Shown: positions 48,506 through 59,338 of the stretch, in pieces | Position numbering within the stretch: position 1 is the first letter of the stretch | How the letters are laid out: each line of letters starts with the position of its first letter | Assembly: GCA_950097015.1 (NCBI GenBank) | Contig: CATNEN010000033.1 | Coordinates: 2,604,001 to 2,668,000, forward strand | Source: Macrostomum hystrix | Taxonomy: Eukaryota; Animalia; Platyhelminthes | Direction: 5' to 3' | Length of the DNA stretch: 64,000 nt | The notes under the pieces: model-generated | What the model saw: the letters and a program-made list of their open reading frames with translations, nothing else | Databases searched by the model: none | What the model was told of the DNA's origin: nothing | Made by a program: the position numbers and the translations under genes

Positions 48506-51300
48506 GCAATGCTCGCAGAAGCAATCAGTAACAACATGCTTGTGCTTTATTGATGTACTGCTCATGCTAAATAGGTGCTTGTACTTTAGTTGATTGAAAA
48601 TCTTCAACCACAGTAAGTAACAAAAAATATTTTTTTAAAGAATTGAGCAAACTTTGTAAATTTGTTTGGGTTTATCAAAAGGAAATATCCAAATAGGACT
48701 CTATTAAAGGAGGGTATTTGGTTGGCTTAAACTAGAACAGACTTGCGAAAATGAGTTCGTTTCTCGTAACCGTTTATGTGCTAGTGACTGAGGTTCAATG
48801 AGGAGCTTTTGTCCTAGGTAATTCGCAGCAGATCCAGTACTTCCAGTTTCTGAAGTATCCGATTCTAAATTCTGCCATGTCTTTTAGTTAACTGCCTTAT
48901 TGAATAAAGTCTCGCTTTGCTTAGTTGCTTCCTTATATTTTGTTTTTGTCATTAAACAACGATTCTAGTTATCTTTTCAGTGCTGTTTTAATCGTTTGCT
49001 CTCATTACTCATTATTTATGAGAATAGGGTGACGAGAAGTATGTAGTATTATACACTATACTAGCTCTTTTTCGTCAGGTTATTTTTTGCAAGCGATTTT
49101 TTCTATCGGTGTCCGTCCATTTTTTCTGCTTTGCTTCATTCTGTTGCTTTTTGACGTTCCGTTTTTACGAGTATTTGTTACCAAATTTTATCGAATATAC
49201 TGAAATAATCAAATTTAGTGCTTTAAATTAGCCGTCGCTTGATTGAATTTTCTACGAGTATATTCTTGGATATTTATAATTTATCCATACCTCATATCTA
49301 CGATCGAACTCTTTTTTGGTGCTTTTTAAACTTGCAAATAACGGCGCTTGTTTGTTTATGCTCTAGCCATAGTTGGTTGTCACAACCATTATTAAATTTA
49401 TATTGGCGTGAGTAGTAAAGGGTGGCTTATTGTAGTCCTAACAAGGGGGTATTCTCTCGTTCAAATGGAGTCTAATACGCTCGTATAAGCCACCCCTTGC
49501 TAGGGTCACCCAAAATTGCACCACTTAAAAAACCCTCTAAAGGGGTAAAAATTGACTTAAAAATCACAAAAGCCTTAGGCCCTTCTTCTACTATGGGGTA
49601 TCCTAAAATTACGTCAACTCCGTGACTGGACCTCATCTAGTCCCGATCGCATTCGCATTTTTAGCGGCAGTGGCAGCATCAACAGTAGCAGCAGCAGCAG
49701 TACTATACGATTTGACAGTATACGTGGTGAAGCGTCTGGATGGCTGGTCAGCAGGCGATGCGTCAATTCTAGTACATCGAATGGAAGTGCGGCCTCTACT
49801 AGACGGCAGAATATACTTACACTGCCTACATTAGCCATCTCGGACTGTGCGACGTCGTTCTCTGTTACAGGGAATGGGTCGATGCAGTACAAGATGACGA
49901 ACGGATCCACTGCCCGACCAGTTGTAGAGTCAGCAGTAGATCGAGCTGCTTTGACGACGACCAACTATTCACATTCGGAACGCATTGTAGTAAACAGAAT
50001 AGCGTCGACGATGCCGACTTCACGAATGTTTGTTATTTTTATACTTAACAGTTGTCGCCTAAATCTAAATTGATGGCGCAGTTCAGCCAGACGGTCTGCA
50101 CTATACATTTCGCCTAATGATGTTTCGTACCTCTCACGTGTGTCTACACGGATTGGTCCGATCGCTTCACGAATACCACCGAATAAATAAGAGTCTTGCG
50201 GTCCAGTATTGTTAGCAAGTTTTTTGGTGGTTGTGACGCTCGACGATTTTGGTACAGTAGATGACTTCCTCTCGGTCACCGATTGAACGGCGGTACTCGT
50301 GGCAGCGACAGCAGCATTAGCACTGCCAGTGCAAACAGATAACGCAGCAGGATGAAGACTATTAACACAAATAACAGAATCATTTACAGCCGTATTAGTC
50401 AATGTCGATTCTGGAACAACAACTGCGTCAATCACAACGGACATCGATGATGACAAATATCATACTGTGCGTGCTTCAGGCCTGTGCTTCAGGCCTGTCA
50501 CCGCCACCAGATAGAATTGCGAGACGCGGTATATGAGTTCTGATCCTAATGGAAAGCCATCCAGATTGTGCACGTGTGGCATTCTCGTCACCATCGATAA
50601 CTACACGCACAGCATCATCAGATGTAGTAAGTAGCCATAGTGCCGACTGGCCATTGTACATTGCCCATTGTACATTGTTTCGCGAAAATACTGATATGTT
50701 CTTAAACGAAGGAAAGGGCAGTACTTTTGCAAAAGTTCTTGAAGTAACGTGGCCACATCTTATGGTATTTTCGCGAAGCTGCATGCGTATTCTTAGACGA
50801 AGTGTCTTGTACCTTTTTACCATAGACACATTTAGTATTTCTGCAAATTGCCAAGAGTCTATGTATTTTTTAATGTGAATGTATTTTTTCGCGAAAAGAC
50901 TATATACTGTGTACTATATTGAATACTTATGAATGAAAAATAATGGCAGTTTTTACCAAAATACTAACGATACGATGACGAAAATATTTTAGCAAAAAAA
51001 CGTGTTCTAAAACGAATACAAAATGATTTACCATTAACCATAATCAGATGACTGATGAGATAAATCAGTAATAAAGATATTAATATGCGAATACAGATGT
51101 TTGCAGCTAGTCAATCGGTTATTATTAAATTTCATCAATATATTTATACTCCATACAGTATATAAAACTTCATTAATTGAACAAAAATCATGTTATTCTA
51201 CAATTAGTGGGACAGTCTGATTTGTAAAGTCGCAAGAGCAAAATTAATAGTGTAAACTATAATACATAACATTCTGTATAAATTCTGTATCTTACAACAT

Positions 51301-53200
51301 TCATTGTTCGATCAAATTTTGCCGTTCCCGAAGCCTCGCTCTTAGACGTTCCCTTTGTTGGATAGTCATCCAGTAGCGAACTCCATGTATGATGAGCTGA
51401 AGTTCAGCTTGGGCGTCCTCAAGAAGCTCTAGCACTTCCATGATGTCTTGTGCTTCATCCTCTCTTACACCAGTCACGAACAAGACAGCCTTATAGTCTT
51501 CTGCTGACCGGTGATGTTGCAGCCATTCTTGAGTGCGCCGTAATAATAAGCATAACTCATAACTCAATAGGCGTCCTAGCGGGAGGTGCCGCGCGCCGCG
51601 AGTGGACCCACGCCAACATCGTCGGCATCCCGAAGAAGCCGGGCACCACACGGATGGAGGAGCATCGTGGGATTTCGCTTATGTCCTGTGCTGCGAAGCT
51701 TTTCAACCGGGTGCTGTTAGCACGGTTACAGCCTGGGCTGGACCCGTACCTGCGGTACGAGCAGAACGGGTTCCGGCCTCGTCGTGGCACAGTCACGCAG
51801 ATCCTGGCCCTCCGCCGCATCATCGAGGAAGCGCGCATCCACCAGTCAAGCCTAGTTGTCATCTTTGTTGACTTCCTCAAGGCTTTCGACTCGGTGGCCC
51901 GCGGCGCGCTGCCTCTCGTGCTCCGTGCTTACAACGTACCGCAGCAGCTGATCTCCGCCATCATGACGCTGTACCAAGACACCACCGCTGCAGTAGCGAC
52001 GCCAGACGGACCGTCGGACCTGTTCAGCACGACCTCCGGAGTGCTGCAGGGTGACACTCTGGCGCCCTTCCTCTTTGTTTTGCTGATGGACTGGGTGTGC
52101 AGAATCGGCCTGCCGACCGCAGAGGACGGCTTTCTACTGCAAAGGCGCACCAGTCGGCGACACCCGGAGAAGAGGCTGTCCCTCCTCGGCTACGCGGACG
52201 ACCTCGCCCTGCTGTCTACGATGGCCGAAGGCGCCCAACGGCTGCTGGATGGCCTGACTGCGGCGGCTGCGAGGGTTGGCCTCGTCATCAACGCCAAAAA
52301 GACCGAGGTGCTGACGGTGCCGCACGATCTACCCGCCGAGATCCGACTCCGACTCCGAGACGGCGATGCTCCTGGGACGGTGCTCCCGAAGTGCCGTCAG
52401 TTCCTCTACCTCGGCGGGCTGGTGCCGGACGTGAGTGACGACCTGGCGAGACGGCGCGGCAAGGCCTGGGCCGCCTTTCGATCTGTTCGGGCGGTGCTGC
52501 TCTCGGAGGCCCTGTCGGACAGCGCCAGGTCCCAGCTGTTCCAGGCTGTTGTCGAGACTGCCCTCCTGTACAATGCTGAGACCTGGACGCTGACCGGGGC
52601 GCTCGAGGGGCAGCTCGACGCGGCGCATGCGGCTCTGGTTCGTGCCGCGTTCGGCGCTCGCCGCGGCCCTGGCAGCGAGACGACCGACTCCCTGTACCAT
52701 CGAGCGCGCCTGACGCGGCCTTCTGCCCTGCTGAGCAAGCGACGTCTGCGGCTTGCCGGGCATGTCATCCGGGCCGAAGCCTACTGCCCAGAGCCGCTGC
52801 AGGACGTCCTGCTGTGGACTCCGCAGGGACCTCGCAGGCGTGGACAGGGACGAACGGCTCGCTACATCGACCGTCTTTTTGATGATGCGCGAGCACCCAG
52901 CCAGGCAGCCGGCGTGAAGCACGTCAGAGACCTTGCCCTGAAGCGCGCGATTTGACGCCCCCCTTTTTTGGCCACTTGTGGTCGGCGCGGGGCGTGAGAT
53001 TATTATTATTATTATTATAACTCATTAGCACTACACTCAGCATTTGGAACACCGCGCTGCAAACTAGGTAGCTGCTCGAAGCACCCTCGATGCGCTATGA
53101 ACCGGCCAATGCAATCTATGCGACAGCTGAGAAAGAGTTGAAATACGTGCGGCTGAAGATACATTTGCGCTAACTGCGTCTGATGGGCAATGAACGACAT
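51301..53200 (-). pseudogene. Orphan 144-aa ORF split by a LINE insertion
   Basis: Removing 51561-53025 joins ...NAECSANEL to CLLLRRTQEWLQHH... in frame (435 nt, ATG 53200 to stop 51301). Confidence 0.7.
51561..53016 (+). mobile_element. 5'-truncated RTE-like non-LTR retrotransposon (LINE) with uninterrupted RT frame
   Basis: Frame open 51561-52955: RGISLMS, QNGFR, FVDFLKAFDSV, GVLQGDTLAPFLF, YADD; 3' hairpin and (ATT)n tail; TSD ATAACTCAT at 51552-51560 and 53017-53025. Confidence 0.92.
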
Positions 53201-53287
53201 GTTCAGTCAGTTAGTAAATCAAGCCAGCCTAAAGCTAAAAAAATAGCTAAGCAAAATTTTTTTTTAACTTTAATCAAAGTCTCCATA

Positions 53288-54803
53288 CAAGGACTTCTAT
53301 ATAATAGCATCTGGACTGGAAACGAGAAATAAATTTCACAATTATTTTACCACATGAGGCCAATGTTTAGCCGAGCACAGCGGCTCTCCAGAGAAACATA
53401 TCTACTTAAGCCGTCACACATCTCAAGGCGCCTACATTCCAGGCATGCACATTGAATTTGGTGGAAATCCTATGTTGTGGAGAGAAATGGAGTCTACTTT
53501 TTTCGGAGAAGCATTTCCAATTGATTTCAATGGCGTTTCAAATTGGCATTCCATCGGTCCCCAGCTGTTCACCATAGACACTTGCTCCAGAACTGCCACG
53601 ACTTATGGCCACGTAGTGGCACTAATTTGAATTGGATCAGATTTCCTAGTTGTTTCATTTCATACTCAACGCAGTTTCCTCAGTTTTCTTTGCCAAGGAT
53701 TTCTGCGCCATAAAAGCATATCCTTCACTATGGTGAACAAGTGTTCCGCATTCGGTTGCAAGAGCGGCTTCGCTAATAGTTCAACGCCAGGTACTGTGAC
53801 ATTTCATTGCTATCCACTCAACAACCCGAGTCTATTGAAAAAATGGAATAAAGCAAATCCGAGGAAGGCGTTTTAGCCCACGAAGTATTCTCGTATCTGC
53901 TCGCTTCATTTCACCACTAAGGACTTCGTCGAAACAACTCGAGATAGCAATAGCACTCGCAGAGAGAAGAAAGGCCAGCTGACCAATCGTTATCTAAGGC
54001 AAGATGCGGTGCCAACTATCTTTCTTAATGCACCTGCATACCTTTCTTCTGTCCGGCAAGCAGCTCGGAGCACATGCTCTGCGACATCATCTGCGCGTCT
54101 GGAGGCTGAAAACATGCGTCTCAATGATCAAATCGCCGACTTCTTTGCCAAAGATTCAATTCTCAGTTGCTCGCCACGAGAAATTCAAGAATTGCTCGAA
54201 TCAGAGGAAACGAGACCAGATGGCTTTCAAACTGCAATTTGCAACGAATGAGATGAGATGATGGATGACAGCAACTATCTGGAACATTTCATGGGTCAGA
54301 CGATGTGCACGGATGGCCATGATGTGAAAGAAGGAATCGTCTGTGCATTTTTCAACTGCATGATGAAAAATCTAGTCAAGGACGTTTCGGTTAGTGGAGC
54401 TGGGGCTCGAAGTAAGCGAAAGTCGACCAAACTTTCCAGTGCCAGAACAGACAAGTAACTTTCATTTGATGCCAATACGACCTCTGTGAACACTCTTCTG
54501 TAAGTTCTACGTTACCATTGCCTACGTGTTTTGTTTGTTACAGATTGTTTGAAGCACACCTGCATATGCGTTAATCCATTTGAATTTGCGTTGCTGCTTT
54601 AAGGTACTCGTAAACATAAATTAATAATCTGAAGAAAGGAACTAGCCAGTTAACATTACATCTCTGGATTTCCGACATTTGAATTTCCGATCTTGCATTT
54701 CCCAATTTGACAGATTCCATAGAAAGCAGGGGAAAAACTGGCCTCATGAGGTAATGGGTATTTCTTCGCTTCCAGTCCAGATGCTATTATATAGAAGTCC
54801 TTG
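53288..54803 (+). mobile_element. Internally deleted P-element/THAP9-like transposon
   Basis: 34-bp TIR CAAGGACTTCTATATAATAGCATCTGGACTGGAA; 8-bp TSD TCTCCATA at 53280-53287 and 54804-54811. Confidence 0.9.
53730..54458 (+). pseudogene. THAP-domain transposase remnant (N-terminal THAP plus extreme C-terminus)
   Basis: MVNKCSAFGC...FHCYP...W...ICSLHF...LRQDAVPTIF; in-frame TAG at 53874 and TGA at 54249; catalytic core absent. Confidence 0.85.
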
Positions 54804-55064
54804 TCTCCATAGAGTATATTTTAGCAAACACAGATGAGTCCGTCCACAGACAAATCAAATGAATACAGGCCAGTCTGGGTATTAAGAACAAGAAATCTTT
54901 TTCGGCCAAGAGAGCAGCCCATAGCCCAGACTACCGAGTGATAAAATACAATACAATCGCCAGGGCGACTTCTACGGATCCAACCTGAGAGTTGTAGGCA
55001 GGATCAGCCTGAGACAGCTGAAACCAGTGGCTGCTGACACAGAAGAATACCTGCATGATACAAC

Positions 55065-55432
55065 ATGAGCAACATGTTTCCATTATTCTCTGCGCCCTTC
55101 CGGGCATTCGTTATCGCCTCCGCTGCAGCGGAGTTAGAAGCAGCATTGAAAGCTGCGACTGATGCAGCGAGTGCCGCGGCAGCAGAGGCCTTCGGGCCAG
55201 GACGGCGCGGGGCAGAGGAGGCAATGGCCGCAGCTATGCGGCGGGTCAGGGCGGCCATGCTACGCATCGCCAGGGCCCGCCGCATAGCTGCGGGCTTGGA
55301 CCCCTATGTGAGTAGCAGATTTCGACTTTGATTTTCATTTGAATATTTATTAACACATCTGATAACATCAGAGCTAACAAACTACATGAGACCTAAAACC
55401 CATCTTTCATCCCGCAGCCGGGTGTGCTATGA
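55065..55432 (+). CDS. Small Ala-rich orphan protein (~85 aa, two exons)
   Basis: CAACATG start; donor TAT|GTGAGT at 55308, acceptor CCCGCAG| at 55417, then CCG GGT GTG CTA TGA. Confidence 0.4.
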
Positions 55433-55444
55433 GGATTCCAGGCA

Positions 55445-55520
55445 TTTCGGCGACAGTTAATTTCGGCGACACTGAAAATTGTGACTTCGGCGACAAGCAA
55501 TGTTAAATTCGGCGAAAAGT
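55445..55520. repeat. Four spaced TTCGGCGA motifs (transposon-end-like)
   Basis: Direct inspection; no inverted partner in the window. Confidence 0.4.
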
Positions 55521-56702
55521 TTCTCTTTCACTTTCACAAATCATTTTATATGGCTATTTACTCGTATTTAGTCTCTTCTTACTAACAAAACCAATGCGTC
55601 TATATCCTACCGTAACCGCCTACAGCCTACGAAATACTTTCCTTTTTTGTTAAATGTAACAAACACGTGTGCTATGACAAGCAATCCTGTGACGTGCTGA
55701 TTGTTTGTTGGGATAAGAAGCTTGATAAATATCCGCACTCTGACTTTGTACCCACCAACCTAAAGAGACTGACCAATTGTTTGAGCGAACCACATGTACT
55801 GTGGTTTCCGCGTTTATTGAATCGAAATTTAAATTTTATCGTATAGCCACATCTTAAGTACCATGCATGCAAATGCAAATGTTTCGCGTAATTTGTTGTA
55901 AAAAGTAGTACGTTGCTGTAGCACAAAGCTAAATTTCACAAAGTTAAAATACTCGACATTAAAACATGACTGTGTGGAGATACAGTACATTAGACACGCA
56001 TCGAAAGAGTGCAGTCTCAGTCTTGAAAGGAAAAGTTAGCATAAGATTCACACCAAAAATAACGAACAGCATTGCATTATGTTAAAAGCATTAAAGGGCG
56101 TTTAGCCGTGGAACATTTAGCCGACTGCAGGCTTCCAGCAGTGCCTCCTCAGATCGCAGTCCTTCAGACTTCCTTTCCTTAATCGGAAATTGGTGTACAT
56201 TTTCACCATAAAGCATGCTGGTATGCTGGTATGTAAGCGCATAGAGAATAATTTCATAAGAAAGCCCCCTGGTTTCACGGTCGGGGGTGGGTGAGGGCAT
56301 TGCGTCATTCGCGCAGAATATATGCTGAATATATGAGACGTGCAGAATATATGCTGAAGCGATCTGACATTATTGTTAAACAAAAAATTGAAAATAGAAA
56401 TAAAGACGAGTTTGTTTGTTAGTTAATTATTCGTTTTATAGTTCTCACAATCCATTACTTCTTTTGTTGGTTATTTATTTTATCATTTAAATAATATGAA
56501 CTGACTGGCGGTTATGCGGTGTACATTGGCAGTTTAAATGTTTTAAACTACGAGGGGTGTTTCTACGAGAATTAAACTACGAGAATTTAGTCATAACTTT
56601 TTAATGGATAAACTTTAAACAAAGTCCCCTATAGGTACGTTTCTGACGATTTTTCTTAAATATGACGACAGAATGTGTCATAAAGTAAGATTTTAGCAAA
56701 AA

Positions 56703-56733
56703 CGTCATTTTTTCTGAGTCATAAAAAATGACG
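56703..56733. other. Perfect dyad CGTCATTTTTT-N9-AAAAAATGACG
   Basis: 11-bp arms, 9-nt spacer CTGAGTCAT. Confidence 0.8.
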
Positions 56734-58384
56734 AACAACATTTTTACTTAAAACCACGTGAACCACGAGCCTTTCCATGCCTTCTATCATGTGCTGCAGT
56801 AAGAAAGCCATAGGATGATAAAGAAGCGGTCTATTAGAGCAAAAAAATATGACGTGGACAGAAAATATTGACCCATGACACAAGCAGAACAAAATCTGAC
56901 AAAATGACACACGCTGACGGCTTTAACATTTTATTTACGGTTAAACAAAGAAGAGTGTTTCCTGATTTTAATTTTAATGGCTTTTGCTTAATTTAGTTTT
57001 AGTAATTACATTTTTTGTTTTATATTACTTAACTAATTGTATAAGAACATATTGCAAATATTAAGTAGTTTTTTTCAAACTACAGCACGCTTCTAGGTCG
57101 ATAGAGATTGCTAGACGTTGCTAAAACCTAGTGCTACTAACTTGGTCCTTACACATGAGAGATGGTCCTCACACATTGGCTTCGACGACCAATTTTAATT
57201 ACTTTTCCTTTCCTTTCTTCTCTGTGTGGAACTTTTTCCTTTGGCCTAATAATAGCTAAAGTTGTTTAAATAATAATGTGGGCTTGAACTGCAGGGTGCA
57301 TGCATCTAAAATCTATATCCTAACTTTCTATAGTCAGCATTCTGTTGCTAGATAGGCTTTTGACGGTCCTAATAGCAATTTTGTAACTTTTTTTCTAGGA
57401 TAAACTTTTCTATATATGATAAGACCTTCAATAAGTACATTATAGATAATATGGGTTATTGAGATTATATAGGCTCAATGCGAATAATTTTGGTTTAAAG
57501 TTCAATAAGTCAATAGCAATCTAGTAAAGTTTAAGTATGTAAATTATAAAGGCATTTGAAACAGAGTATGTTAGGTAGATCATTTACTAAGGACATTTTG
57601 GTTAATAAAGTATGAAATTATATATATAAAAACTTGATAAGTTCTAATTCTAACACTTTATTAAGTTTTTTCTATTTATAGTATAGCTGGTGTTGGCTAT
57701 GTTGGCAGCCAAATTTTTTTATGGTTTAATCATTGCATTGATTATATATCTTATGAGTGTTAAGCATGGTAATAGTTGGTACCCAGAAAAATAAGTTACC
57801 AAAAGCATTCTGCTAGAACTTCACATTAAGAGGTATTTTTATAGGTATGACTTTCTTTCTAATATGCCATGTATTTGCCAAAACATTGCTTTGCAATAAG
57901 TCTATATGTTTTTGGTATGGTTTATATGACATTGACCAACTCTAAAGCTAGTCATTCCTTTGTGGATAGTATAATCCAACTTAAGACCTCTATGCTAGTT
58001 ATCTTGCTATCTAGATAGTGATAGTGTTTATATTATATAAATTGAAGACAGGTAAATAAGCAATATCTTGACTTGAATCCTAGTATTGATAGCTTGGTAG
58101 CAATTTTTTAAACATTGAATGCATATTATTTTAAAGCACTTCCTGTATTGTCAGACTTTTGACCATAAATATGCTTTGTATTGGCAATATGGATATTAGC
58201 TAACTTTAGAATTCTTAACATTAGTACAAATGAAAATATTATAAAGCTATGTCTTGGATAGTATTACCTAGTAACATAAACATTCCAGGATAATATTGCC
58301 TAATTGAATACTGAAATGGTCTATAAGAGAGCCATTGGTATCTTTCAAAAAGATTTTTGAGACAATTAGAGACCTAGAAATTTG

Positions 58385-59197
58385 TTCTGTGAGACTGCAA
58401 AAGTGACGGTTGCACATTTTAGAAAATATGACCTCTGTGTGTTCTATGAGACTGCAAAAGTGACGGTTGCACATTTTAGAAAATATGACCTCTGTGTGTT
58501 CTATGAGACTGCAAAAGTGACGGTTGCACATTTTAGAAAATATGACCTCTGTGTGTTCTATGAGACTGCAAAAGTGACGGTTGCACATTTTAGAAAATAT
58601 GACCTCTGTGTGTTCTGTGAGACTGCAAAAGTGACGGTTGCACATTTTAGAAAATATGACCTCTGTGTGTTTTGTGAGACTGCAAAAGTGACGGTTGCAC
58701 ATTTTAGAAAATATGACCTCTGTGTGTTCTATGAGACTGCAAAAGTGACGGTTGCACATTTTAGAAAATATGACCTCTGTGTGTTCTATGAGACTGCAAA
58801 AGTGACAGTTGCACATTTTAGAAAATATGACCTCTGTGTGTTCTGTGAGACTGCAAAAGTGACGGTTGCACATTTTAGAAAATATGACCTCTGTGTGTTC
58901 TGTGAGACTGCAAAAGTGACGGTTGCACATTTTAGAAAATATGACCTCTGTGTGTTCTGTGAGACTGCAAAAGTGACGGTAGTACATTTTAGAAAATATG
59001 ACCTCTGTGTGTTCTATGAGACTGCAAAAGTGACGGTTGCACATTTTAGAAAATATGACCTCTGTGTGTTCTGTGAGACTGCAAAAGTGACGGTTGCACA
59101 TTTTAGAAAATATGACCTCTGTGTGTTCTGTGAGACTGCAAAAGTGACGGTTGCACATTTTAGAAAATATGACCTCTGTGTGTTCTGTGAGACTGCA
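58385..59197. repeat. 57-bp tandem array x~14 directly upstream of the recombinase gene
   Basis: Unit TCTGTGTGTTCTRTGAGACTGCAAAAGTGACGGTTGCACATTTTAGAAAATATGACC, near-identical copies. Confidence 0.95.
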
Positions 59198-59338
59198 ACT
59201 CAACTTAAATTAGCAACTCAATGTCTCAACCCGAAAATCTGAGATTTTCACATCGTACAATTACCACATGTGTGTGAACAGCAGTCTGAAGAAGCAACTA
59301 AATTCAGTCTAATTCGGTTTTCATTTCGCTCTTCAGCG

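Noticed and set aside
49420-49495. 11-bp inverted repeat GGGTGGCTTAT/ATAAGCCACCC
   Set aside because: Too short, with no TSD or second copy to support a MITE
53718-53726. ATATCCTT (U12 donor-like) upstream of the THAP ATG
   Set aside because: No upstream exon or matching branch/3' site; likely chance
58268-59242. 311-aa and 286-aa ORFs on opposite strands
   Set aside because: The 57-bp unit is divisible by 3 and stop-free in these frames on both strands; no evidence of coding selection
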